Assembly (NCBI RefSeq): GCF_009914755.1
Contig: NC_060945.1
DNA from: the human T2T-CHM13v2.0 reference genome, Homo sapiens
Direction: 5' to 3' (one strand)
Length of the DNA stretch: 64,000 nt
Notes under the pieces: generated by a model
What the model saw: only the letters and a program-made list of their open reading frames with translations
What the model was told of the DNA's origin: nothing
The model's database searches: none
Translations under genes and position numbers: made by a program
Part shown: one piece after another, positions 29,754-41,629 of the stretch
How positions within the stretch are numbered: the stretch's first letter is position 1
Layout: each line of letters opens with the position of its first letter

Positions 29754-29768
29754 CCACCAGGGGGGCTG
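29754..29768 (+). promoter_or_regulatory. CTCF-like motif
   Basis: CCACCAGGGGGGCTG, an isolated GC-rich word in AT-rich DNA that matches the first 11 core positions. Confidence 0.35.
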
Positions 29769-29796
29769 TTGAGACTCAACAGACACCACAAAGAAC

Positions 29797-29800
<4 letters not shown>

Positions 29801-29844
<44 letters not shown>
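29801..29844. repeat. (CA)22 microsatellite
   Basis: Perfect CA run. Confidence 0.97.
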
Positions 29845-29847
<3 letters not shown>

Positions 29848-30789
29848 GCACATACACACAAGTATTTGAATCTTTTTTTTTTCCTGAGTTTTTTGGTCAC
29901 ACACATGATGAAGGCAAATGCTGCAATAATTTCCATGTTGGCTGTCTTCACCTCTCAATTTATCTTTACTTTCCTCACTTAGCTAACTCTATTCACCTTT
30001 CAAGGCTCAGCTCAAAGCATTACATCCTCTGGGAATCCTTGCCTGTTTCATGTATTAGTAGTATACATGGGCTGTCACTCAAAGACTTCTCTGGCAAGTC
30101 CTTTTATCATGGCTCTTCTCTGACCGCATTTTTCATATCTCCTTCATCCTCCTCCGAGCTATGTGAGAGCAGAACCCAGTCTAGTAATCTGAACTTCGAT
30201 GCTGTGTCCTGAGCTAATAACTTATTAGAAATCTTAAACATGCTTGAAAAGTAAATAAACTAGTGAAGCAGTTAAATAAATATGTACAATCATGTTTTAT
30301 GACTTAATTATTTCATTAATTCCCAAATGAAAAGGGAGCATTACTCTCGGGAAAGATGTTTGCTGAGTAGTGGGAGGAATCATCTGTACAACTTCACCCC
30401 CAAATCATTGTCTCTATTTAGACATGTTCCCATGGAAAATATGGTATATGTGTAAAGGAGACATTCATAGAGGGAAAAACCATGTTGCATATAACTGGTT
30501 TAGATACTCAGGAAAAAAAAAAAAAGAAATGAGTGGAAATTCTCCCAACAGTCTTCCTACGAGTCTTCCCCATGAAAATCAGATTAAACTTGTAGTTTTT
30601 ATTTTAATTTTATAATTTGCTGAGTATATTTCTTATTAGCATATTCTGAACAATTCCTTAGCTTAGAATTCACTTTATTTGTTCACTACTGTTTTTAGAT
30701 ATCAAAACTGGATTGATATTTCAGGTTTTTCTGTCCTTTTGCCAACCTTTACATCACATCATGTTTGTTACTGAACAGAATATACGACT

Positions 30790-30915
30790 TTTTACAGAAT
30801 GGAGGCCCCATAAGGCCAACATTTGTGTCCATTTCGATCATTGTATTTCTAGTGCCTAGAACATTTTCTGAAACATAGTAGTAACTCAGTAAATATTTGT
30901 TGACTAAACTAATAG
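30790..30915 (+). mobile_element. L2 3' end fragment
   Basis: ttgtatttctagtgcctagaaca...catagtagtaactcagtaaatatttgttga is the typical L2 terminus. Confidence 0.7.
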
Positions 30916-31377
30916 ATTTAAAACCGAACAGTCACTGTAATATTTTTTCTATTACATCATGTATATAACAACATTTTAAGCTTTTTAAGATTGTATTATT
31001 TAAACTATTTGATTAAAGGAAATTCAAATGCTAGCAATTCTGTACCTTTTGGCTAACAGAATGTACCCGATCATTCGTACTTAATTTATACAAACCTTAG
31101 TTCAGTATTAACAACTTTATTTTTAAAAAGTAAATCATGAAATGTTCAAGACATGCAAAATCTATAAAAAGTGATGCAACAAATACCCATCTACCTACTT
31201 AGATTAATTATTTAAAATATTGTCTTCTAATAGAATTAAACATTCTATGTCACCTTTCCACACTACTTTCTCCAACATAAACACACACTATTGTGAATCT
31301 GGCAATTTTCATGTTCATGCATTTCTTTATAATTTCATATCATCACATCTATCCTCAATATGTGATATTGTTTATAG

Positions 31378-31543
31378 CTGTGGTTCTCAATGGATGATCC
31401 ACAATTCAGCAGAATCATCATTACCTGGGAACTCATTGGAAATACAAATTTTTAAGCTCCACCTCAGATGTACCACATCAACTCCAGGGCTAGAGCTCAG
31501 CATCTGTGTGATTGCAATGCATGCTGAAGTTCAGAAACTCCTG
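31378..31543. mobile_element. MER5A (hAT-Charlie MITE)
   Basis: TIR-like ends ctgtggttctca and tcagaaactcctg. 8-bp TSD gtttatag/gtgtatag. Confidence 0.8.
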
Positions 31544-31678
31544 GTGTATAGCAACACTTTGAGTCTAAGTAACATCAGAGTCTCTGTTCTAGCAGAAATA
31601 GCACTTATTTGTGACATCTATTGATCCATTTCCTTCTTGCTATATTTTTAAAAAGAATGAACCTCACAGCACGTTTTT

Positions 31679-31977
31679 GTTTTTGTTTTCCTGAGATGGA
31701 GCCTTGCTCTCTGTCACCCATGCTGAATTGCAGTGGTGCAATCTCAGCTCACTCCAACTTTCGCCTCCTGGGTTCAAGCAGTTCTCCTACCTTAGCCTCC
31801 TGAGTAGCTAGGATTACAAGCACCCATCACCATGTCCAGCTAATTTTTTTTTTTTTTTTTAGTAGAGACGGGTTTCACCATGTTGGCCAAGATGGTCTCA
31901 ATCTCTTGACCTCGTGATCCACCGGCCTTGGCCTCCCAAATTGCTGGGATTACAGGCGTGAGCCATGGTGCCTGGCC
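31679..31977 (-). mobile_element. AluSc-like SINE
   Basis: ccaagatggtctcaatctcttgacctcgtgatcc. TSD acagca(c/t)gttttt on both sides. Confidence 0.93.
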
Positions 31978-32681
31978 ACAGCATGTTTTTTAATTTTTAA
32001 ATTGGAGGGATTGTTTCTTTATCAATTTATTATGATCTAATTTAAATACTCCTTTTAAAATACTTGGCTGATTCTCAAGTTGTAGTACATCAAGTAAGCA
32101 TTTTAAAATGTCTTCTAATTTGACCATTCTACTCATAATCTTTATAATTATGATGAAAAACACAAGTCACTTGTTCAGTCATATCACAGCTTTCTTAAGA
32201 GATGAGGAAACAAACTTCTCAGGACAATCTCTTTGACCAGCTTTTCTCATTGGTGAAACAAAATGAAAGATTTCATTTCCATTTTTAATAATTTTGTTAT
32301 TTCTTTTGCAAGTGATTGAAGCCAAGCAAGTTGCTAGACATGTTGTCACAAACAAGTTTCTGGCCATTTTGTAAAACAAAAAAAAAAGGACAGAAGTGCC
32401 CCAAATTCACCTTTTCTATCACCGGTCATGTCTTTTTTCATGTCCCTCTTAAATTAAAAATACATAGGAGGATGAAATTCCCTGCCTTTTGCTTGGAGGC
32501 ATCATATTTTATGATTCTGTCCTTTTAATGCTTTGCATTTTCTCTCTGGGCAGAGAATTATATGAATCGATCGAAAGCAACTGCGATGATTCTTTTATAG
32601 TTTATTATAGAATAAAAAATCCTTTTGAAAGTAAAAGAAAGTGTACTTAAATGGCAACTGGTAACATTGCTGACACTTTTC

Positions 32682-32900
32682 CAACCTCTACCTCCTGGGT
32701 TCAAATGATTCTCCTGCCTCAGCCTCCCAAGTAGCTGGGATTACAGGCAACCGCCACCACGCCCAGCTAATTTTTGTATTTTTGGTAGAGACGGGGTTTC
32801 ACCATGGTGGCCAGGTTGGTCTCAAACTCCTGACCTCGTGATCCACCTGCTTTGGCCTCCCAGAGTGCTAGGATTACAGGCGTGAGCCACTGTGCCCGGC
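32682..32900 (-). mobile_element. 3'-truncated, tailless AluS flanked by direct repeats
   Basis: The Alu runs from its 5' end to ...gaggttg, then stops with no poly-A. tgacacttttc lies on both sides (32671-32681 and 32901-32911). Confidence 0.9.
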
Positions 32901-33444
32901 TGACACTTTTCTATACTGATAGGAATCTTCATGATCAGATGTTGTCAAATACTTTTAAAGTTTATATATAACATTGTATTAATTAAATCATTTCAAGAGG
33001 CTGTACCTACAAGCATGTCTATAAGGACAATGGTCACATTAAACTCAAAACAGAGAAGAAATTTATTTACACTTGGGTGTATTCTAAGTAGACTATAGTA
33101 GGCCAAAAAAATTCAGAAGATAAGCTGACATAGTACGGACTCTGGAATGTGTCAAACATCTACTCTCGTAAACACACAGACTTTCAGGTAGGAGATATAA
33201 ATTTCTCTCTCTGCTATGTCTATTATCTTGCCAAACAGCCCACTTAGTTGCATAAGCCCCTGCACTCTGCAGACAGCTTTTAAAAGAAACCTAGAGTATG
33301 TTGAAGTTCAGCTGTATCACTAACATTTCCATCACTTTTTTGAACTACAGCTTTAATTTTCACGACTCAACATAGAATCAGAATATACAAAAGAAGTTAA
33401 GACAACACAAAGTAACAGCAGTAATGTCAACAACATTTATACAT

Positions 33445-33468
33445 GATAGATTAGATAGACAGACACAC

Positions 33469-33520
<52 letters not shown>

Positions 33521-33545
33521 GAGATAGGTAGATGGATGGATAGAT

Positions 33546-33604
<59 letters not shown>

Positions 33605-33649
33605 GGGATAGATATGATAGATAAGATAGATAGATGAGATAGAGAGAGA
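33445..33649. repeat. Complex (GATA)n tetranucleotide STR
   Basis: Two long GATA blocks with interruptions. Confidence 0.97.
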
Positions 33650-33805
33650 GGGATGGGATGGGATGGGATGGGATGGGATGGGATGGCATGGGATGGCATG
33701 GGATGGGATGGGATGGGATGGGATGGCATGGGAGGGGATGGGATGGGATGGCATGGGATGGCATGGGATGGGATGGGATTGGATGGGATGAGATGAGATG
33801 AGATG
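33650..33805. repeat. (GGGAT/GGCAT)n pentanucleotide array ending in (AGATG)3
   Basis: About 28 in-phase pentamers at 33650-33790. Confidence 0.97.
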
Positions 33806-34045
33806 TATGTATATGACTCTGTTTTGCCTCGTCTGAAAAAGATGATCGCTCAGTCATGAAGCATTTATACTTCTGGTATTCTTAATATCAGAAGAATCCC
33901 ATTAATGGCAATTAGATCAGAAAAACAAATACTCCTCTACCTGGATCCATACTTTCTGTATGATTTGGTTTGGTTTTCTGCCTCACTCCATGGCCAAGGT
34001 GCTAATTATGACTGATATGTGGCTCTAAAGGAGGAAAGGTGGCTA

Positions 34046-34362
34046 CCATAAATTACATAAGCATAGAATTAAATAAATTATATTTTAAAAAGGTAAGAAA
34101 GACTCAAACTCATCATGTTCTAATTATTTTACTATACTTTATTATCTGTGTTCTTGAGGTTATGACTATCATATTCATGTGCCACAGTACTTTTTAAAAT
34201 TTTGCATTCAGTGGCATCGTGTTGGTAGCTCGAAAGTGACCATATTAGAGAAATTTACACCACAAAAATCAGCAAATGCAACCTGTCAGAACTCCCCTTA
34301 CTATATCGCCCCCTACATACATTCCAGAGAGCCTACTGTTTAACATTCACCAGCACATTATG
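34046..34362 (+). mobile_element. MER63 (hAT-Blackjack) fragment
   Basis: aattaaataaattatatt...ctaattattttact...cagtggcatcgtgttggtagct...gagagcc...aacattcaccagcaca. Confidence 0.7.
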
Positions 34363-34644
34363 ACAAAGGATCAAAGCCAAGAAAGAAGTTTCTGGAAATT
34401 TGTAATGAACTCTAAGCCCAGACAAAGAAGCCCAATATTCTGCCAGAATAATGAAGAAAATAACATCAATTTGATTGATGTCCTCCTGGGTGACTTCTGA
34501 GAGAAGCTCAAACTATTTTGATTCATTTAATAAAAAATAGTTAACACATAAAGAAAAGTATAAGGATATTATAACTAAGCACCTTTTATACACCATATAA
34601 ATTTTACAAATATTTGTTACTATATTTTATTTAAAAACTATATA

Positions 34645-35917
34645 TGAGACCTCAAAAAGTTCATGGAAAAATATAATTAAAAGAATAAAAAATATAAATA
34701 GTATTTTTCTACATAAGCTCCAACAAATTCAAAATAAGTAAGTGATACCAGTGATGATACCAGCCATTTAGTCCATTCCTAAGAAAGTGAGTCCTGAGAA
34801 TATAGTTATGTCAATGCCGTCGTTTCTCCATTATTAACTGAAGAAAAATTGGTGCCCTTTAAAGGTTTTTTTAATATTTTGAAACACAAAGAAGGAACCA
34901 ATCAGAACTGTAATGCGGATGTCTAAAAATTTCCTATGAAAATACTCATAAAATTGCCCTTGTTCAATAACAGGAATGGGGCAGGAGGATTGTCGTGGTG
35001 GAGGAGGGCTCTCTGGTGAAGGTTTCCCGGGCGCGGGGGTGGTTTCTGCTAAAGCTTTGGCTAATTTTCTCAAAAACACTCCCATAATAAGCAGATGTTA
35101 TTGGTTTTTGGCCCTCCAGAGAGTCAACAAGCAAAATGCCGTAAGAATCTCAAAGAAATCTTTTGCCATGAGTTTTGCTCTTGACCAGCCCAGTTTGGCT
35201 TTGAACAGACCAATTCTACCTCTTGGTGGTAGTTGCTTCAATTGTGTTCTGTCTTCAGGATCATACTGGTAAAGCCATGTTTCATCTCCTGTTACAATCC
35301 TTTGAAGAAATTCTTCATAATCTTGATCCCACCTGTTTAAAATTTCCATTGAAAGCTCTGCTCTTTTTTGCAGCTGATATGGGTGCAACAGTTTTGGCAA
35401 TCATTGAGTGGAAAGTTTGCTTAACTTCAATTTTTCAGTCAGAATTGTGCAAGCTGAGCCAATTGAGATGTTTATGCTATTGGCTATTGTTTCTGCTGTT
35501 AATTTCAGTCCCCTTTATTTGGGGCACAAACAAGATGAATTTTTTCCTCAAAAAATGACATGAATTGTCTGCCCCTGCAGGCTTCATCTTCAATATTGTC
35601 TCGTCCCGTTTTAAAATTAGTTTTCCATTTATAAACCACTGAATCCTTTGAGACATTGCCCCCATAAACTTTTCTTAATGTATCAATCATTTTACCATTC
35701 TTTTATACAGGATCTACCATAAATTCGATGTTTGCTCTTGCTTCAACTTTAGCAGAATTCCTGTTGCTCTGATAGGGGCTCTTTTCAAACTAATGTCTTA
35801 TCCTTCTCTTTGTGCTTCAAGCTAGATGCAACTAGATCCTGTTCAAATATGTTGTAACAGCTTAGTACAAGTTTATTTTGATGCAAAAAGTTTTTGAAAT
35901 CCATGCATAGTATTTTT
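34645..35917 (-). mobile_element. HSMAR2 mariner, main body including the 3' TIR
   Basis: TIR tgag-acctcaaaaagttcatggaaaa after a TA. Transposase peptides LRKVYGGNVSKDSVVYKW, RAELSMEILNRWDQD, RIVTGDETWLYQYDPED and LRKLAKALAE. Confidence 0.95.
34701..35762 (-). pseudogene. HSMAR2 DD34D transposase, decayed
   Basis: Start ATG is mutated to AGG and there are frameshifts. TGDETW and HHDN are retained, the YSPDLAPSD region is disrupted by a deletion, and the C-terminal GAYVEK is visible. Confidence 0.92.
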
Positions 35918-38900
35918 TCCATAAGCTATTGGGTTACACGTGGTATTTGGTTACATGAGTAAGTTCTTTAGTGGTGATTTGTGAGATTTTGGTGCACCCA
36001 TCACCCATATATACATTGCACCATATTTGTAGTCTTTTATCCCTTGTCCCCTCCCACTCTTCCCCAAAAATCTCCAAAGCCCATTGTATTATTCTTATGC
36101 CTTCACATCCTCATAGCTTAGCTCCGACATATCAGTGAGAACATATGATGTTTGGTTTTCCATTTCTGCATTATATCACTTAGAATAATAGTCTCCAATC
36201 TCATCCAGGTCACTGCAAATGTTGTTAATTCATTCCTTTTTATGGCTGTGATATATATCACCATTTCTTTATCCACTCACTGATTGATGGGTATTTGGTT
36301 TGGTTCCACAATTTTGCAATTGTGAATTGTGCTGCTATAAACATGTATGTGCAAGTATCTTTTTCGAATAATGACTTATTTTTCCTCTGAGTAGATACCC
36401 AGTAGTAGGATTGCTGGATTAAATGGTAGTTCTACTTTTACTTCTTTAAGGAATCTCCAACTGTTTTCCACAGTGGCTATACTAGTTTACATTCCCACCA
36501 GCAGTGTAGAAGTGTTCCCTGTTCACCGCATCCATGCCAAAATCTTCTGTTTTTTGAGTTTTTGATTATGGCCATTCTTGCCAGAGTGAGGTGGTATCTC
36601 ATTGTGGTTTGGACTTGCATTTCCCTAATCACTACTGATGTTGAGCATTTTTTTCATGCTTGTTGGCCATTTGTATATCTTCTTTTGAGAATCATCTATT
36701 CATGTCCTTAGCCCAGTTTTTGATGGGATTCTTTGTTTTTTTCTTACTGATTTGAGTTCGTTGTAGATTCTGGGCATTAGTCTTTTGTCAGATGTATAGA
36801 TTGTGAAGATTTTCTCCCACTCTGTGGGTTGTCTGTTTACTCTGCTGACTGTTCCTTTTGCTGTGCAAAAGCTCTTTAGTTTAATTAGGTCCCAGCTATT
36901 TATTTTTATTTTTATTGCATTTGCTTTTGGGTTCTTGGTCATGAAATCCTTGCCTAAGCTGATGTTAGAAGGGTTTTTCCAATGTTATCTTCTAGAAATT
37001 TTTTTTAGTTTCAGGTCTTAGATTTAAGTCCTTAATCCATCATGAGTTGATTTTTGTATAAGGTGAGAGATGAGGATACAGTTTTATTATCCTACATGTA
37101 GCTTGCCAATTATCCCCGCACCGTTTGTTGAAAAGGGTGTCTTTCCCCACTTTATGTTTTTGTTTGCTTTGTCGTAGATCTTGGCTGTAAGTATTTGGGT
37201 TTATTTCTGGGTTCTCTATTCTGTTCCATTGGTCTATACGCCTGTTTTTATACCAGTACCATGCTATTTTGATGACTATGGCCTTATAGTATAGTATGAA
37301 ATTAGGTAGTGTGATGCATCCAGATTTGTTCTTTTGGCTTAGTCTTGCTTTGACTATGGGGGCTCTTTTTTGGTTCTATATGAATTTTGGAATTTTTTTT
37401 TCTAATTCTCTGAAGTATGATAGTGGTATTCTGATGGGGATTGCATTGAATTTGTAGATTGCTTTTGGCAGTATGGTCATTTTCACAATATTGATTCTAC
37501 CCATCCATGAGCATAAGATGTGTTTCCATTTGTTCATGTCATCTATTTCTTTCAGCAGTGTTTTGTAGTTTTCCTTGTAGAGGTTTTTTAACTTCTTTGT
37601 TGGGTATATTCCCAAGTATTTTATGTTTTTGTTTTCTTTTGTTTTGTTGTAGCTTTTGTTGTAAAAAGGGTTGAGTTCTTGATTTTATTCTCTGCTTGGT
37701 CACTGCTAGTGTTATAGGAGAGCTACTGATCTGTATACATTAATCTTGTATCCAGGACTTTGCTGGATTTTTTTTTTATCAGTTCTAGGAGGTTTCTGGT
37801 AAATGATGACATCGTCAGCAAACAGGTGACAGTTTCACTTCCTCTTTACTGATTTGGATACCCTTTATTTCTTTCTCTTGTCTGATTGCTCTGGCTAGGA
37901 CTTTGAGTACTATGTTGAAGAGGAGTGGTGAGAGTGGGCATCCTTGTCTTGTTCCTGTTCTCAGAGGGAATGCTTTCAGCTTTTCCCCATTCAGTATTAT
38001 GTTGGCTGTGGGTTTGTCATAGGTGGATTTTATTACATTAAGGTATGTTCTTTGTATGCGGATTTTGCTGAGAGTTTTAATCATAAAGGGATGTTGGATT
38101 TTGTCAAATGCTTTTACTGCATCTATTGAGATGATCACGTGATTCTTGTTTTAAATTCTGTTTATGTAGTGTATCATATTTATTGACTCCTGTATGTTAA
38201 ACCATCCCTGCACCCCGGTATAAAACGCACTTGATCATGGTGTATTCTCTTTTTGATATGTTGTTGGATTCAGTCGGCCAGTATTTTGTTAAGGATTTTA
38301 GCAACTATGTTCACCAAGGATATTGGTCTGCAGTTTTCTTTTTTGAAGATTCATTTTGGAGCTGATTTCCAGTTTTATTATACTGTGGTCTGAGAGAGTG
38401 CTTGATATAATTTCAATTGTCTTAAATTTATTGAGGCTTATTTTTATGGCCTATCATATGGTCAGTCTTGGAGAAAGTTCCATGCACTGTTGGATAGAAT
38501 GTGTGTTCTGTGGTTGTTGGATGAAACGTTGTGTATATATCTGTTAAGTCCATTTGTTCCAAGGTATAGTTTAAATCCATTGTTTCTTTGTTGACTTTCT
38601 GTCTTGATGACCTGTCTAGTGCTGTCAGTGGAGTATTGACATCCCCCACTATTACTGTGCTGCTGTCTATCTCATTTCTTGGGTCTATTAGTAATTGTTT
38701 TTATAAATTTTGGAGCTCCAGAGTTAGGTGCATATATGTTTAGAATTATGATATTTTTCTGTTGGACAAGGCCTTTTACCATTATATCCTGCCCCTCTTT
38801 GTCTCTTTTAACCACTGTTGCTTTAAAGTTTGTCTTGTCTGATGCAAGAGTAGCTACCCTGCTGGCTTTTGGTGTCCATTCACATGAAATATCCTTATTC

Positions 38901-41571
38901 ATCCCTTTACTTTATGTGAGTCCTTATGTGTTAGGCGAGTCTCCTGAAAACAGCAGATAATTAGTTGGTAAGGTCTTACCCATTCTGCAATTCTTTATCT
39001 TTTAAGTGGAGCATTTAGGGCATTTACATTCAATGTTAGTATTGAAATGTGAAGTACCATTGCTTTTGTCATGCTCTTTGTTGCCTGTGTACTTTGATTT
39101 TACTTTTTGTTTTCACTTTCTAACTTGTATTTTTGTTGTATGTGTCCTGTGTGATTTATGCTTTAAAGAGCATCTGTTTTGATGTGTTTCCAGTATTTGT
39201 TTCAATATTTAGAGTTCCTTTTAGCAGTTCTTGTAGTGGTGGTTTGATAATGGCAAATTCTCTCAGCATTTGTTTGTCTGAAAACAACTGTATCTTGCCT
39301 TCACATATGATGTTTAGTTTCACTGGATACAAAATTCTTGGCTAGTAATTATTTTATTTGAGGAAACTGAAGATAGGGTCCCAATCCCTTCTAGCTTGTA
39401 GGGTTTCTGCTGAGAAATCTGCTGTTAATCTGATAAGTTTTCCTTGATAGGTTACCTGATGCTTCTGTCTCACAACTCTTAAGCTTCTTTCCTTTATCTT
39501 AAGTTTGGATAACCTGACGACAATGTGCCTAAGTGAAGATCTTTTTGTGATGAATTTCCTAGGTGTTCTTTGTGATTCTTGTATTTGGCTGTCTACGTCT
39601 CTTGCAAGGCCAGGGAAGTTTTCCTCGATTATTCCCCCAAACATGTTTTCCAAGTTTTTAGAATTCTCTTCTTCCTCAGGTACATTAATTATTCTTAGGT
39701 TTGCTCATTTAACATAATCCCAGACTTCTTAGAAGCTTTGTTCATATTTTCTTATTCTTTATTGTCTTTGTTGGATTTGGTTAATTCAAAGACCTTGCCT
39801 TCGAATTCTGAACTTCTTTCTTCTACTTGTTCAATTCTATTGCTGAGACTTTCCAGAGCATTTTGCATTTCTAAAGGTGTGTCCAAAGTTTCCTGAATTT
39901 TTTATGTTTTTTTTTTTTCTTTAAGCTATCTATTTCCATGAATATTTCTCCCTTTACTTCTTGTATCATTTTTTGGATTTCCTTGCATTGGGCTTCATCT
40001 TTCTCTGGTCCCTCCCTGATTAGCTTAATAACTAATGTCCTGAATTCTTTTTCAGGTAAATCAAGGGTTTCTTCTTGGTTTGGATCCATTGCTGGTGAAC
40101 TAGTATGATTTTGGGGGGGTGTTGAAGATCCTTGTTTTGTCATATTACCAGGGTTGGTTTTCTGGTTTCTTCTCATTTGGGTAGGCTCTGTCAGAGGGAA
40201 GGTCTAGGGCTGAAGGCTGTTGTTCAGATTCTTTTGTCCCCCTGGGTGTTCCCTTGGTGTAGTACTCTCCCCCTTTTTCTATGGATGTGGCTTCCTGTGA
40301 GCTGAACTGCAGTGATTGCTGTCTCTCTTCTGGGCCCCACCACCCAGCAAGTCTCCCTGGCTCTGGGCTGGTACTGGGGGTTGTCTGCACAGAGTTCTAT
40401 GATATGAACTCAATGGGTCTCAGCTGTGGATACCAGCGCCTCTTCTGGTGGAGGTGGTGGAGGGTGCAATGGACTTCATAAGGGTCCTTAGTTTGGTGGT
40501 TTAATGCTCTATTTTTGTGCTGGTTGGGTTCCTGCCAGGAGGTGGTGCTTTCCAGAGAGCATCAGCTGTAGTGGTGTGGAGAGGAACTGGCAGTGGGTGG
40601 GCCTAGATCTCCGAGATTATATGCCCTTTGTCTTCTGCTACCAGGGTGGATAGGGAAGGACCATCAGGTGGAGGTGGGGCTAGGCGTGTCTGAGCTCAGA
40701 CTCTTTTTGGGTGGGTCCTGCTGAAGCTGTTGTTGGGGATGGGGGTGACATTCCCAGGTCACTGGAGTTATGTACCAGGAGGATTAAGGCTGCCTCTGCT
40801 GAGTCATGCAGGTTGTCAGGGAAGTCGGAGAAAGCTGACAGTCACTGGCCTCACCCAGCTCCCACGCAAACTGAAGGGCTGGTCTCACTCTCACTATGCC
40901 CCCGTAACAGAGTCAGTTTTTAGGCGGAGGGTGAGAATGGCTTGAAAATTTGCTGAATGCTATCCATCTCCCAGCCCCCAGAGAAAAGGGCTTTAGTTCC
41001 TCCCCCTGCCTGTGAAGTCTGCAGGCCAGATTCGCGCCCTCCCCTGAGTTCTGGCCAGGAGGCTTCTTGCCCTGTTCAAATGGTTACAAAGTTCAGCTAG
41101 AGAATTCCTTCTCCCTGTAGAGTTTTACCCCCTGCTCCTCTGGCCGCCCTCCGGATGGATCTTTGTGTTGCCAGGCAGGAATGGGCTGCTTGGGGACCCA
41201 GTGAGCTCCGAGGGCCTTTCTGCTGCTTCCTGTACCCCTGTATTTCGCTCAGCTCTCTGACTTGACTCAGCTCCAGGTAAAGTCGGAAACTTCTCCCACA
41301 AACACCTTCAGCTTCTCCAGTGGGGGTGTGTGTTCGGGACACTCCCTTTCCCACTTGCACAGTTGGGACACTCATAGTATTTGGGGTGTCTCCCGGGTCC
41401 TGCAGGAGCAGTCCGCTTCCTTCAGAGGGGCTGTGGGTCTTCTTGGGATTGCTACTTTATTCTTGAAGTTGATCTGGAGCTAAAATTCACAGTGCAAGCC
41501 TCCGTAGGTTGCTCTGCCTGGAGCTTCAATCTAGTCCTGCCTCCTGTCCATCGTGATCCCCTGAATCTCAG
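35918..41571 (-). mobile_element. L1PB (L1PB1-like) LINE-1 with 5' UTR and decayed ORF1/ORF2, internally deleted
   Basis: L1PB-type 3' UTR at 35918. ORF2 peptides ([39 protein letters not shown] near 37815, endonuclease GDVNTPL). ORF1 peptides (IRLTADFSAETLQARRDW). GC-richer 5' UTR at 40.2-41.57 kb. TSD catagtattttt at 35906-35917 and 41576-41587. Confidence 0.95.
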
Positions 41572-41587
41572 CACACATAGTATTTTT

Positions 41588-41626
41588 GATAATACATATT
41601 TTCCATGAAGTTTTGAAGATCCTATG
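41588..41626 (-). mobile_element. HSMAR2 5' terminal inverted repeat, separated from the body by the L1PB
   Basis: attttccatgaagttttgaagatcctatg|TA is the reverse complement of the TIR at 34645. Confidence 0.88.
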
Positions 41627-41629
41627 TAT

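Noticed and set aside
29631-30212. 106- to 162-aa ORFs with HT or CV repeats
   Set aside because: Kept open by the (CA)22 repeat and adjacent degenerate sequence, with no protein-like features.
33378-33857. ORFs with SHPIP and IYLS repeats
   Set aside because: Translations of the GGGAT and GATA microsatellites.
34643-41628. Apparent novel TIR-bounded element encoding transposase, endonuclease and RT
   Set aside because: Fully explained as an L1PB with its own TSD inserted into HSMAR2. All reading frames are broken.
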